64,000 nucleotides of DNA from a bacterium. GTDB taxonomy: Bacteria; UBA8248. Shown piece after piece: positions 51,813-61,712 of the stretch. The stretch lies in assembly GCA_965213685.1 (NCBI GenBank), contig CBDBZY010000031.1, positions 64,001 through 128,000 on the forward strand. Direction: 5' to 3'. Both the position numbers and the translations under genes were made by a program. Within the stretch, counting starts at the first letter, position 1, and the number at the start of each line of letters is the position of its first letter. Below the pieces are notes generated by a model, which did no database searches, was not told where the DNA came from, and saw only the letters and a program-made list of their open reading frames with translations.

Positions 51813-52704
51813 CTACTCCCCCTCGAAGGGCTTTCTGCGCACCCTGCCCTCGCCCACCAGGGCCGCCTTCATGAGCAGAACCAGGACGTTGGTTCTGGGG
51901 ATGAGGTGGATGAAGCGGTCGAGCTTCTGATCGATCCGGTCGATCTCGCCCTCGGAGAGGCCGAGCCCCGCCGCCCGCTGCCTGCTCAAATCCACCGCGA
52001 ACGGAAACTCCTGGGCCGCGGCCGCGGCGGCGCCCTGGGCCTGGGTGACGGTGATGCGAAAGCCCGGCTTCGCCATCTCCTCTTTCAGGAAGGGCCAGAC
52101 CCGCTCCAGGAAGGGGGGATGATGGGCAAGGGCGCGCCAGACGCTGCCCAGCCCCCCGGTCGCCGCGCCGATCTCCCGGTACAGGGCGGCGAGGGCGTCC
52201 TCGGCGGCGGCCGGGTCCGCCAGGGTTTCGGTGCGCATCGAAACCGGCGGCCCCCTTGGGCAACTCGTCCAGGTCCGCATCCGCGCCCGGGCGGACGCCG
52301 CCTACCCGCACGCCGTTCAGCGCCCCCTTCAAGGCGGCCACGAGGATGAGGTTCTTGGGGTTCGCGTCGTTATACACGTCCAGAACGCCATCTATCGCGT
52401 CGATATCCTCCGGCGCGTAGCCACAATCGTCCTCGAGCTCCTCTCCCACGCTCGGGACGTCCGGCGGCATGGGCGGGGCCATCCGCATCCGCAGATTGTC
52501 GGCGCAACGCTCGAAATACGCGATGGAGGCGTTGGGCCGCAGCGCCTCCCAGGCCGCGCGAAAGTAGGGCGCATGCACGGCGAGGGCGCGATAGACGAGG
52601 TTCACCTGGGTGCTGCGGAGCACCTGCCGCACCTCCGCGTATATCGCCGCGATTTCCCCCGCGGCGCGATCCTCCGCGATTTCCTCCAAGGCGATGGGTT
52701 CCAT
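51813..52704 (-). CDS. DehI-family (group I haloacid dehalogenase-like) protein, frameshift near 52251-52255
   Basis: EDRAAGEIAAIYAEVRQVLR..VNLVYRALA....YFRAAWEALRP..NPKNL, with a second related half (SVWRALAHHPPFLERVW). Confidence 0.7.
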
Positions 52705-52847
52705 GGCACTCCCCCCCGGCCGGGCGCGTGCGAGACGAAGGCGCAGACGGCGCGCCGCCGCCCGCATCGCCCGGAGTATAGGGGCGGGCGGAGGACGGGA
52801 CAAGGCGGCTGCGCCCCAAAAATCCGGCGGTTTTCTCGCCGAAGGCC

Positions 52848-52913
52848 TTGCGCTTCGGAGCGAGGCGCCATATACTTGATTTGCTCAAATGTTGATGGTT
52901 GACACATTTGAGC
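52848..52913 (+). promoter_or_regulatory. Sigma70 promoter TTGCGC-N17-TATACT followed by inverted repeat GCTCAAATGT-N11-ACATTTGAGC (probable MarR operator)
   Basis: -35 at 52848-52853, -10 at 52871-52876, perfect 10-bp arms at 52883-52892 and 52904-52913. Confidence 0.7.
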
Positions 52914-52990
52914 TGCCGGACAAAAAAGCGCGGGCATTCTTGACGACGCCCCCCGCCGCGAAGCGAATCGACAGCCGCCCGGAGGATTCC

Positions 52991-53482
52991 GTGAGGATGC
53001 GCCCGACGACGCGAACCGATGGCGAGTGCGCCGCGCCCAGCGTCCGCAGCCTCGGCGCGCGCCTGCACGTGGCGCTCGACAATCTTTTCTCCCAGAAAAA
53101 ACCGGGCGCACGGCAGGCGGTGTGCTGCCACCACATCACCAACACCCAGTGGACGCTCCTCCACCTGCTCGCCGACGCGGGGGCAGCGCCCCTCTCCATG
53201 GGGGAGATCGCCAAAAGCACGCGCCTCACGCCGAGCGGGGTCACGCGCTGTGCGGACCCGCTGGTCGGGCGCGGGCTGGTCGAGCGCGTCATGCAGGAGG
53301 GCGACCGCCGCGTGTGCTGCCTGCGCCTGAGCGCGGAGGGCGCCGCGCTTCACGAGACCATCCTGAAAGGCTGCGCGGTCGAGGACGGCGCCCTTCTGTC
53401 CGCGTTCTCCCCCGATGAGCGGGAGGAGATCGTCCGCGCGGTAGAAAAACTCGCGCGCGCCGCCAGGGAGACGCCCCCATGA
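52991..53482 (+). CDS. MarR family transcriptional regulator, Cys-rich
   Basis: ITNTQW.LL, LSMGEIA....LTPSGVTR..D.LV.RGLVER....DRR; GGAGGA RBS. Confidence 0.88.
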   Translation: MRMRPTTRTDGECAAPSVRSLGARLHVALDNLFSQKKPGARQAVCCHHITNTQWTLLHLLADAGAAPLSMGEIAKSTRLTPSGVTRCADPLVGRGLVERVMQEGDRRVCCLRLSAEGAALHETILKGCAVEDGALLSAFSPDEREEIVRAVEKLARAARETPP

Positions 53483-54594
53483 CCACGGAAGCGACCACGG
53501 AAGCGAAAATGGGCGCGGCGCCCGAACTCCCGGCGTCGCCCGCCGATGGCGCAGCCCCATGCTGCGCGCCCGGGCCCCCAAAGCGCGGACGAGCCGCCGT
53601 CCTCCTCTGGTGCCTCGTTCCGGCGGTCGCGCTCCTGGTGCTCGTCCTTTGGGCGGGCGCCGGGATTCCGGCGGGCCGCATCGCCGCCGAACTCCGGCGA
53701 AACGCGCTGTTCATCCTGGGCGGCTTCTGGAGCATCGCGCCCTTTTTCCTCCTGAGCGTGGCGGTCTCGGCCTGGGTCACCACCGCCGGATACGCCGAGA
53801 AGATACGGGGCGTGTTCCACAAACGCCAGGGCGTCGCCATCGCCGGCGCGGCGACGGTGGGCGCCGTGGTGCCGTTTTGCTCCTGCGGCGTCATTCCCCT
53901 CATCGCCGCCATGCTCTCGAGCGGCGTGCCCCTGGGGGCCGTGATGGCGTTCTGGATCAGCTCGCCCCTGATGAGTCCGGAGAAATTCGTGCTGACCGCC
54001 GGCGTTCTGGGGACGGATTACGCGGTCGCGCGCCTCATCGCCGCCGTCCTCCTCGGAGCGGCGGCGGGCTGTGCCGCCTGCCTCATCGGGCGGGGCGGGA
54101 GGCTGGCGGATCAGATCAGACCCGTCATCGCACCCGAAGCGCGCGAGGCGGGGGAGGGAGGCCGGCGGACGCGCCGGGGAGCGTCCTGGGGCGCGTTCAC
54201 CCAACAGGCGAGGAGCGTGGGCTGGTATCTGTGCAAGTGGCTGGCGGTCGCGTTTTTTCTCGAAGCGCTGATCGTCCACTACGTCGACCCCGGCTGGATA
54301 GGCGCGGCGCTCGGCGCGGAGAACCCCTGGTCGATTCCGCTGGCGAGCGCGGTGGGAATCCCGCTCTACACCTCGGGCGTCGCCGCCATCCCCATCACGA
54401 AGGGGCTCCTCGCCGCCGGCATGGGCGCGGGCCCCGCCATGGCCTTCTTGATCGCGGGCCCCGTCACGTGCGTCCCGGCCATGGCCGGCGTGTGGGCGCT
54501 GGTGAAGCGGAAGGTCCTCGCCATCTATCTGGCCACCGGCATCCTGGGTTCGCTCGCCGCGGGGTATGCCTTCCAGGTTTGGACGCAACCATAA
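53479..54594 (+). CDS. ArsP/DUF318-family permease
   Basis: PFCSCGVIP, AFWISSPL, GIPLY, MAFLIAGP; multiple TM helices. Confidence 0.85.
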   Translation: MTTEATTEAKMGAAPELPASPADGAAPCCAPGPPKRGRAAVLLWCLVPAVALLVLVLWAGAGIPAGRIAAELRRNALFILGGFWSIAPFFLLSVAVSAWVTTAGYAEKIRGVFHKRQGVAIAGAATVGAVVPFCSCGVIPLIAAMLSSGVPLGAVMAFWISSPLMSPEKFVLTAGVLGTDYAVARLIAAVLLGAAAGCAACLIGRGGRLADQIRPVIAPEAREAGEGGRRTRRGASWGAFTQQARSVGWYLCKWLAVAFFLEALIVHYVDPGWIGAALGAENPWSIPLASAVGIPLYTSGVAAIPITKGLLAAGMGAGPAMAFLIAGPVTCVPAMAGVWALVKRKVLAIYLATGILGSLAAGYAFQVWTQP

Positions 54595-54755
54595 CGGGCG
54601 GCGCACCCGCGCGCCGTCGCGCGGCCGCCCGCCTCCCCGGCTCGGGCAGGATCGCGCGCCGCTCCCGGGAGGCGCGCTCCCTCGACAAGGGCCCCCCGCC
54701 GCCGTAATCTCCGGAAAAGCCCCGCAAGACACTTTCTCTCTGGAGGCGCAGAAAA

Positions 54756-55613
54756 ATGCCCATATCCCCTTACGCCGCCGAATACTCCGAGCCCAGCCGA
54801 ATGCGCGTGGGCTACGTCATCACCACGCCCGAGGTGCGCTCGCCCCTGATGCCGGGCGTGCGCGGGAATTTTGGCGAGAACCTGGCCGTACTCGCGGATT
54901 TGGGCTACCAGACGCTCGAAGTGGCCATGCGCGACCCCAACGACCCCGACGCCCGGGGGGTGGAGGCGGATGTCGCCCGCTCGGGGCTTTCGGTGGCGAT
55001 GATAGGATCGGCGCCCAGCGAGCTGCAGGACGGGGTGATGCTGTGCCACCCCGACGCGCGCGTCCGGGAGGCGGGCGCGGCGCGGCTGCGCGCCCTGATC
55101 GAGGCGGGCGAGACGCTGGGCGCCATGGGCGTGAACATCGGCCGGTTTCGCGGCACGCGCATCCCCGGCGAGATGTGGGAGACGTCGAACGGCTGGATGC
55201 GCGACGCGCTGCGGGCGGGTGCGGACTACGCCGCCCGGCGGGGCATGAAAATCTACATCGAGCCCTACAACCGCTACGAGACGAACTTCGTCAACACCGT
55301 GCGCCAGGGGATGGAATACGTGCGGAGCGAGAACCACCCGGGCCTCGCCCTGATGATAGACAGCTGCTGGATGAACTCCGAGGACGCCTCGATACCGGGG
55401 GCCATCTTCGCCGCGCGCGAGTGGATAGAATACGCGCACGTGGCCGATTCCACGCGCGGCTATCCCGGCTCCGGGCACATTCACTTCGGCGATTTCATCC
55501 GCGCCCTCCGGGAGATCGGCTACGAGGGGGTGCTCTCGGTGCAAATCGACCAGAAGCCCGCCTTCCGGATAGCGGCCGAGCGCAGCATCCGGCTCCTCGG
55601 CTGCTATCTGTAG
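54756..55613 (+). CDS. Sugar phosphate isomerase/epimerase (xylose-isomerase-like TIM barrel)
   Basis: EPYNRYET, HVADSTRGYPGSGHI, GYEG.LS. Confidence 0.85.
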   Translation: MPISPYAAEYSEPSRMRVGYVITTPEVRSPLMPGVRGNFGENLAVLADLGYQTLEVAMRDPNDPDARGVEADVARSGLSVAMIGSAPSELQDGVMLCHPDARVREAGAARLRALIEAGETLGAMGVNIGRFRGTRIPGEMWETSNGWMRDALRAGADYAARRGMKIYIEPYNRYETNFVNTVRQGMEYVRSENHPGLALMIDSCWMNSEDASIPGAIFAAREWIEYAHVADSTRGYPGSGHIHFGDFIRALREIGYEGVLSVQIDQKPAFRIAAERSIRLLGCYL

Positions 55614-55678
55614 AGGCGCCATCGGAGCGACGACGCGCCACCGGCCACCGGAGGCCTGCGCGCGGGCGGGACGCGCCC

Positions 55679-56161
55679 CTATCCCTCGCACTCCCCGCGC
55701 GCGAGCTTGGTGGCGATGTGGCCCGGAAACGCGGGAAATATCTCGATGGCGCGCTTCCCGTCCGCCTCGCGCACGACGACGGCGTGGGCGTGCCTCCCGG
55801 AGAGGAAAAAACCGGTGAGGCGAAGGCGGCCGAAGGGCCGCCAGGTGAGGACGAACGGATATGTGGCGGACTTCTCCCGATTGAACGGCCGCGTGATGCG
55901 CAGCTCCCCCTCCCCGCCGATGGGGTAGGCCAGCTTCTTGAAGGCGCCCTTCTTCCTCTCCACCAGCCAGACGGCCAGGTCGCGCTTGCGGGCGGGCAGC
56001 GATATTCGCACGTCCTGCCGCACCACGAAGCCGTTGAGGATGGTGTAGGTCACCCGGCAACGCAGCGTCGCCGCCTTGTTCGCCGGCGCCGCTTCCTTCG
56101 TCTCCGCCCGCGCACCACAGCACAGGGCGAGCACCATGAAAACGCAGACGACGCCCTTCAT
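55679..56161 (-). CDS. Secreted hypothetical protein
   Basis: Signal-peptide-like MKGVVCVFMVLALCCGARA; GAGG upstream. Confidence 0.55.
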   Translation of the reverse strand: MKGVVCVFMVLALCCGARAETKEAAPANKAATLRCRVTYTILNGFVVRQDVRISLPARKRDLAVWLVERKKGAFKKLAYPIGGEGELRITRPFNREKSATYPFVLTWRPFGRLRLTGFFLSGRHAHAVVVREADGKRAIEIFPAFPGHIATKLARGECEG

Positions 56162-56345
56162 CCGGACACCTCGAAAGATGAGACACCGCACGGGACGGCG
56201 AACGCAGTATGGATGATTCGGGAGGATGATTTCCACCGCGGGCGGCGAGGGGACCGGCCCGGCGAAACGCGGGGGGCCGGCGACGACCGCCGGCGCGGGG
56301 CGAAGCCGGCGCCTCCCCGGAATCCGGCGGGTGCGGCGGAAGAGT

Positions 56346-57023
56346 TCATCCGCTCCTGCCGGGATCCTCGCCGTCGGGTTCAGGGTATTCGCTCGGCCAG
56401 TGGGCCACCATCGTCTCGTAGTAGGTCTTCACCTTCTCCCCGTCGAGGTGGAGGGATTTGCGAATCTTGTCGACCTCGCTTTGCTCCTCCAGCGGAATGC
56501 CGAGAGAGTCCATGTAGCGGTTGAAGAGGTTGAACAGCCCGCTCACCATGGTGAGTTCGACGATTTCCGCCTCCGAGAAGTGCTTCTTCACCTCCTCGAA
56601 CACGTCGTCTCTCGAACGCGCGGTGTTGCGCGTCACGTGTTCGGCCCACAGGATGGCCGCCTTCTCCCGGGGGGTGAAGAGGTCGGAGTCCATATACCCG
56701 TCCGCCCCGATCGCCTCCACCTGCTCCGGGGTGATGCCCGCCGCTTGACCAAGCGACGTGTTGTGCGCGTATCAGTAATCACACCCGTTGAGATGGCTCG
56801 TCTTGATGACCACCATCTCCTTGATCTTCGACTTCAGCACGCTGCCCCCGCCCTCGCGCTGGAGCGTCGCCACGAAGGGCAGCATCGCCTTGGCGACGTG
56901 GGGGCTCTTCGCCAGCACCCGCATCGAATGCGGCACGCGGCCGAGCATGGCGGTGGTCGCCTCGTAGAAGCGGGCGACGTCGGCGTCCGCCTCCTCCGGC
57001 TGAATCATCCCTATCCTGGACAT
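56346..57023 (-). CDS. AhpD/carboxymuconolactone decarboxylase-family selenoprotein (CxxU)
   Basis: Two in-frame ORFs joined through TGA at 56774-56772: KEMVVIKTSHLNGCDY-U-YAHNTSLG...FTPREKAAILWAE...FSEAEIVELT...FNLFNR; SECIS-like hairpin follows. Confidence 0.88.
56739..56758 (-). promoter_or_regulatory. Putative bacterial SECIS hairpin
   Basis: CGUCGCUU-GGUC-AAGCGGCG, 8-bp stem (one G-U pair), begins 13 nt after the UGA. Confidence 0.75.
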
Positions 57024-57114
57024 ATCGGACATCTCCCCTGGCGCGCATCCCGCTTCGGGACGGGCGCGATTCTCCCGGTCGGCCGGGCGCGGCCGAATCC
57101 TCCTGCAATCCCCT

Positions 57115-57720
57115 TCATTCCGGCCCGCCCGCCGCCTCGTTCGCCAGCCACCGTCTGAACGCGGCGAGCGCCTGGCCCCGGTGGCTGATCCGGTTCTTCA
57201 CCGCGAGCGACAGCTCCGAGACGGCGCAGCGGCGCCCGGGCAGATACATGAGCGGGTCGTAGCCGAAGCCGCCCGCCCCGCGCGGTGCGGACAATATCCT
57301 CCCATGAAGCGCGCCCTCGAAAAAGCCGAACCAGCCGTCCGGCTTCGCGTAGGCCAGCACGCACGCATACCGCGCGCCGCGCCGCGCGTCGGGCAACCCG
57401 CGCATCCTCTCGAGCAGGAGCGCGTTGCGCCCCGCATCGTCCAGGCGCGCGCCGCCGAAGCGCGCGGAGCGCACCCCCAACTCGCCGGGGAGCGCGTCCA
57501 CCTCCACGCCCGAATCATCGGCGAGGGCGGGCAGGCCGCTCGCCCGACACGCGGCGCGCGCCTTGAGGAGCGCATTCTCCGCATAGGTGGCGCCCGTCTC
57601 CTCCACCGCGGCATCCAGGCCCGCCTCGTCCAGCCCCAGGAGTTCGACGTCCATCCCCTCCAGGGCGGCGCGCACCTCGCGCGCCTTTCCGCGGTTTCCG
57701 CTCGCCAGGATGATTCTCAT
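57115..57720 (-). CDS. rdgB: Non-canonical purine NTP pyrophosphatase RdgB/HAM1
   Basis: ASGNRGK, ENALLKA, ADDSG, GFGYDP, KNRISHRG. Confidence 0.94.
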   Translation of the reverse strand: MRIILASGNRGKAREVRAALEGMDVELLGLDEAGLDAAVEETGATYAENALLKARAACRASGLPALADDSGVEVDALPGELGVRSARFGGARLDDAGRNALLLERMRGLPDARRGARYACVLAYAKPDGWFGFFEGALHGRILSAPRGAGGFGYDPLMYLPGRRCAVSELSLAVKNRISHRGQALAAFRRWLANEAAGGPE

Positions 57721-58454
57721 TTCGCGCCCGCGTGGGTCGCCTGAACCTCCAGAAGCTCCCCGATTCCCTTCTCCGCCAGGGCGAGGAGGTCGTCGAGCGC
57801 GCTCCTGCGAAAAGGCGCCCGCTCGGCCGTTCCCTGCACCTCCACGAAGCGGCCGCCGCCGGTCATCACGACGTTCATGTCCACTTCGGCCTGCGCATCC
57901 TCGCCGTAGTCGAGGTCGAGGAGGGGCGCGCCCCCGACCACCCCCACGCTCACGGCGGCCACCGGCGCGAGGATGGGGGTATCGGCGATCCGCCCGGCCT
58001 CCCGCATGGCGCGCACCGCGCGCGCCAGGGCCACGTAGCCTCCCGTGATGGCGGCGCAGCGCGTGCCGCCGTCCGCCTGAACGACGTCGCAGTCGATGTG
58101 CACCGTCAGGCCCTCGATTTTCGAGAGATCCACAATCGCCCGCATCGAGCGCCCGATCAGGCGCTGTATCTCCTGGCTGCGGCCGCCGCGCGCGCGCCTT
58201 CTGTCCACGCGGGCGGGCGAACTGCCCGGCAGCATGGCGTATTCCGCCGTCACCCAGCCCCCGCCCGAATCGCGCCGGTGGGGCGGCACTCGCTCCTCCA
58301 CCGAGGCGGTGCACAAAACCCGGGTGCCGCCCACGGCGATCAGGCAGCTGCCGGCGCACGTCTCCACGTAATCCGTCTCGATGCGCACCGGGCGGTTCTC
58401 GTCGGGAAGCCGCCCGTCCACGCGCACCCTCTCGCCCACCTCTCTCCGGGACAT
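57717..58454 (-). CDS. rph: Ribonuclease PH
   Basis: GWVTAEYAMLP, EIQRLIGRS, DVVQADGGTR, LDLDY.ED, EVQGTAE. Confidence 0.96.
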   Translation of the reverse strand: MSRREVGERVRVDGRLPDENRPVRIETDYVETCAGSCLIAVGGTRVLCTASVEERVPPHRRDSGGGWVTAEYAMLPGSSPARVDRRRARGGRSQEIQRLIGRSMRAIVDLSKIEGLTVHIDCDVVQADGGTRCAAITGGYVALARAVRAMREAGRIADTPILAPVAAVSVGVVGGAPLLDLDYGEDAQAEVDMNVVMTGGGRFVEVQGTAERAPFRRSALDDLLALAEKGIGELLEVQATHAGAK

Positions 58455-58561
58455 GCGCCCTCCCCCTGCCCAAGCATACCGGGAATACGTCGTTGCGGCC
58501 CGACCCGGAGAATACTACGGGGTTTTCCTCCGCGACGCCAGGGATCGGACGCCGGCGGCGG

Positions 58562-61500
58562 CTACGCGGCGGGGGCGGTGTATTTGGTCTCGCGCAGGCC
58601 GACGGCGCGCCGCAGTGCCCGCACCGCGTTCTGGGCCGCCAGATAGATGCAGGGCGCCAGGAAGAGCGTGAAAAAGGTGGAGAGCGAGAGTCCGCTCAGC
58701 ACGACGAGGCCCAGGGGGGTCAGCATCTCGGAGCCTCGCCCCCATCCGCTCGCCAGCGGCAACAGCGCGATGACGGTGGTGAGCGTGGTCATCAGAATCG
58801 GCCGCAGCCTCGTCGACGCTCCCTCGACGATGGCTTCCCGCAAGCCCAGCCCCCGCTCCCGGAGCCGTTCGATGTAGTCGATCATCACGATGGCGTTGTT
58901 CACCACGATCCCCACCAGAAGGATGACCCCGATGAGCACGGTGGAGCCGAACGGCGTGCCGCTCAGATACAGCCCGAGGATCGCGCCGGTGAGCGCGGGC
59001 GGCACGGCGAAGATGATGACGAGCGGGTTCACGAGCGAGTCATACTGGACGGCCAGCACCGTATAGACCAAGAAGATGGCGAGCAGCGCCAGCATGAGGA
59101 GCTCGCGGTTCGACTTCCTCAGGTTCTCCTCGTCGTCGCCCGGCAGGATGAAATAGCCGCGGGGCGTCTGGATGGTACGCAGACGCGCGCGGACGTCGGC
59201 GCTCACGTCCCCGAGGGAGCGTCCCTGGATGTCTCCGGTGATATGAACGATGCGGTTCTGATCCGTCCGCGTGATGACCGCGCTGCCCTGCCCGTAGCGA
59301 ACCCGCGCCACGTGATGGAGGCGCGTGGAGCGGCCGTTGGGGGGGAACAGGGGCAGATTCTCCAGATCCCGCTCGCTCCGGATGTTCGTGTCCGAGAACT
59401 TCACGCGCACCGGCACGCGCGCGTCCGCCCTGTTGATGAACGTGGCTATCGACCCGTCGACCGCCGTGGCCACGGTGTCGCCCACCTCCTCGACGGACAA
59501 CGCCAGCTCCGCCGCGCGCTCCCGGTTCACTTGGATGCGGAATTCGGGCCGGGGCCTGTCCTCGTTCATCTGCACGTTGTGCAGCCCCGCCACGCCCTGG
59601 AGTTTCTCGACGACCTCCTCCGCGATGCGGTGGATCGTGGGCAAATCCTCCCCCCGAACGCCTAGCGAGAAGGTCTTGTTGTGCCGGGTGTTGGAGGTTC
59701 TGAGTCCGCGCACCCGACTCTTGTAGGCGTAAATCCGCGCGTCGGGATAGGCCATGCGCGCGAGCCGGGGGCGCAGCTTTTTCAGGTAGGAGAACACGCT
59801 CACGCCCTCCCGGAGCGTCGCCTCGATTCTCCCCCGCGCGGCCGATGGCGAGAAATTCCGCCCGAAAAGGCGGCCGCCCGCCGTGGCGAACACCTTGTCG
59901 ACGTCGGGGTCGCGCACGAGCATGTCGTGAATCTCGCGCGTCACCCGCTTGGTGTGTTCGAGCGCACCCCCCGGCGAGAAGCGGATGTCCACCGAGACGC
60001 GCCCATCGTCCACCTGGGGCAGGAGCTCGTTGCCCAGCTGGCCCAGGAGCGCATAGCTGCTCGCGCACGCGCCGAAGGAGACGATGATGACGACCCACCT
60101 CAGGCGGAGCGCGGGGCCCAGGAGGCGGCGATACGCTCGGCCGGCCCGCTCCACGAGCCAGCCGAAGAGGCGGAAGAGCGGAAAGCGGCCGAAGCCGCTC
60201 GTCATCGGAATTTGCAAGAGCCGGGCGGAGAGCATGGCCACCACCGTCAGGCCGACGAGGAGGCTGCACACGAACGCCAGGGAGATGGTGAATATCAGCT
60301 CGCGGAACAGCAGCGCCACATAGCCAGACACCAGCAGAAACGGCAGCACGGCGGCCACGTTCGTGAGCGTGGAGGCCACCATGGCGCTCTCCACCTCGCC
60401 CGCGCCCGCCTCCGCCGCGCGCACCGGGTCGCCTCCGCGCGCCTGGTGGCGCGAGATGTTCTCCAGCATGACGACCGCGTTGTCCACCAGCATCCCGACG
60501 CCGAGCGCCACCCCGCCGAGGCTGAATATGTTGAAGGTGAAGCCCATCGCCCACATCAGGAAGAACGTGAAGACCGAGGCGACCGGAATGGCCAGGCCGA
60601 TGATCAGCGTGCGCCGGAGGCTGCCCAGGAACGCGAGCACCACCAGCACCGCGAGGGCGCCCCCCGCCAGGGCGGAGGAGACGACGTTCCGGATCGAGGC
60701 GCGGATGAAGAAGCTCTGGTCGGAAATCGGAACGAGGCGGACGTCGGGCGGCACGATTCCGTAGCGCCTCAGGAAGTCGAGCCTGGCCCGCAGGCCGTCC
60801 ACGACGGAGACCGTGTTCGCGTCGGGCTGCTTGAGGGCGACCACCTTGACGCTCTCATCCCCGTTGAGCCACACGAATATGCGGCGCTCCTTGCCCGCGT
60901 CCTCGACCCGCGCGAAATCGCGCAGATACACCCGGCGGCCGTCCCTGGTGGGGAAAATCAGGCGCGAGAGCTCGCCCGCGCTCTTGAGCTTGCCCGCCGT
61001 CCGGCTCGCGTATTCGCGGTGGGCGGTCTTTATCCGGCCGGCGGCGAGGTCCATGTTCTCCGCGCGCATCCGCCGCAGCACGGCGGGCAGGTCGAGGCCC
61101 AGACCCTGCATCCTCGGCAGGTCGACGAGCACCCGCACCTCCTCGTCCTGGCCGCCGAACGCCTCCACGGAGGCGATGCCGGGGATGGTCATGAGCTGGG
61201 GGATGAGCACCTTCCGCGCCCAGGTCTGCAGCTGGGGCCCCTTCATGGTGCGGGAGGAGAGGGCGTATTCGATGATGGGCACCTGCGCCGGGTCGGACTT
61301 GAAGATGCGGGTGTTCTGGAGCTGATCCTGTATCTCCTGGGGCAGGTTTCTCCTGGCGACGTTGAACTTGGTGATGGCGTCCTGGAGTGCCAGGTCGATG
61401 TCGCGCTTGAAGTCGAAGAACATCCACAGACGCGCGGCGCCCTCGCGGCTGATGGAAAAAATGCGCACCAGCCCCTGCGTGGTCGCGAGCTCGCGCTCCA

Positions 61501-61696
61501 CCACCTTGGTGACCTGCTCCTCCACCACCTGGGGGTCGGCCCCCTCGAAATCGATGCCGATGAAGATGCGCGGATAGATGATGCGGGGGAGAAAATCGAC
61601 CGGCAGGTGCGCGAGCGCGAAAAAGCCCAGCACCAGCGCGCACACCACGCCCATGATCGTGCCCACCGGCCTTCGGATGCAGCTGCGGCTCAGCAC
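58562..61696 (-). CDS. RND efflux transporter permease (AcrB/AcrD/AcrF family)
   Basis: IRRPV, GMLVDNAVVMLENI, GIVVNNAIV, RLRPILMTTLTT. Confidence 0.95.
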   Translation of the reverse strand: MLSRSCIRRPVGTIMGVVCALVLGFFALAHLPVDFLPRIIYPRIFIGIDFEGADPQVVEEQVTKVVERELATTQGLVRIFSISREGAARLWMFFDFKRDIDLALQDAITKFNVARRNLPQEIQDQLQNTRIFKSDPAQVPIIEYALSSRTMKGPQLQTWARKVLIPQLMTIPGIASVEAFGGQDEEVRVLVDLPRMQGLGLDLPAVLRRMRAENMDLAAGRIKTAHREYASRTAGKLKSAGELSRLIFPTRDGRRVYLRDFARVEDAGKERRIFVWLNGDESVKVVALKQPDANTVSVVDGLRARLDFLRRYGIVPPDVRLVPISDQSFFIRASIRNVVSSALAGGALAVLVVLAFLGSLRRTLIIGLAIPVASVFTFFLMWAMGFTFNIFSLGGVALGVGMLVDNAVVMLENISRHQARGGDPVRAAEAGAGEVESAMVASTLTNVAAVLPFLLVSGYVALLFRELIFTISLAFVCSLLVGLTVVAMLSARLLQIPMTSGFGRFPLFRLFGWLVERAGRAYRRLLGPALRLRWVVIIVSFGACASSYALLGQLGNELLPQVDDGRVSVDIRFSPGGALEHTKRVTREIHDMLVRDPDVDKVFATAGGRLFGRNFSPSAARGRIEATLREGVSVFSYLKKLRPRLARMAYPDARIYAYKSRVRGLRTSNTRHNKTFSLGVRGEDLPTIHRIAEEVVEKLQGVAGLHNVQMNEDRPRPEFRIQVNRERAAELALSVEEVGDTVATAVDGSIATFINRADARVPVRVKFSDTNIRSERDLENLPLFPPNGRSTRLHHVARVRYGQGSAVITRTDQNRIVHITGDIQGRSLGDVSADVRARLRTIQTPRGYFILPGDDEENLRKSNRELLMLALLAIFLVYTVLAVQYDSLVNPLVIIFAVPPALTGAILGLYLSGTPFGSTVLIGVILLVGIVVNNAIVMIDYIERLRERGLGLREAIVEGASTRLRPILMTTLTTVIALLPLASGWGRGSEMLTPLGLVVLSGLSLSTFFTLFLAPCIYLAAQNAVRALRRAVGLRETKYTAPAA

Positions 61697-61712
61697 GGGG
61701 CTCCTCTCCCCC

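Noticed and set aside
57040-57075. Possible tRNA-Pro remnant downstream of rdgB (…GCTTCGGGAC…)
   Set aside because: No D arm or T arm recognisable; just a GC-rich hairpin
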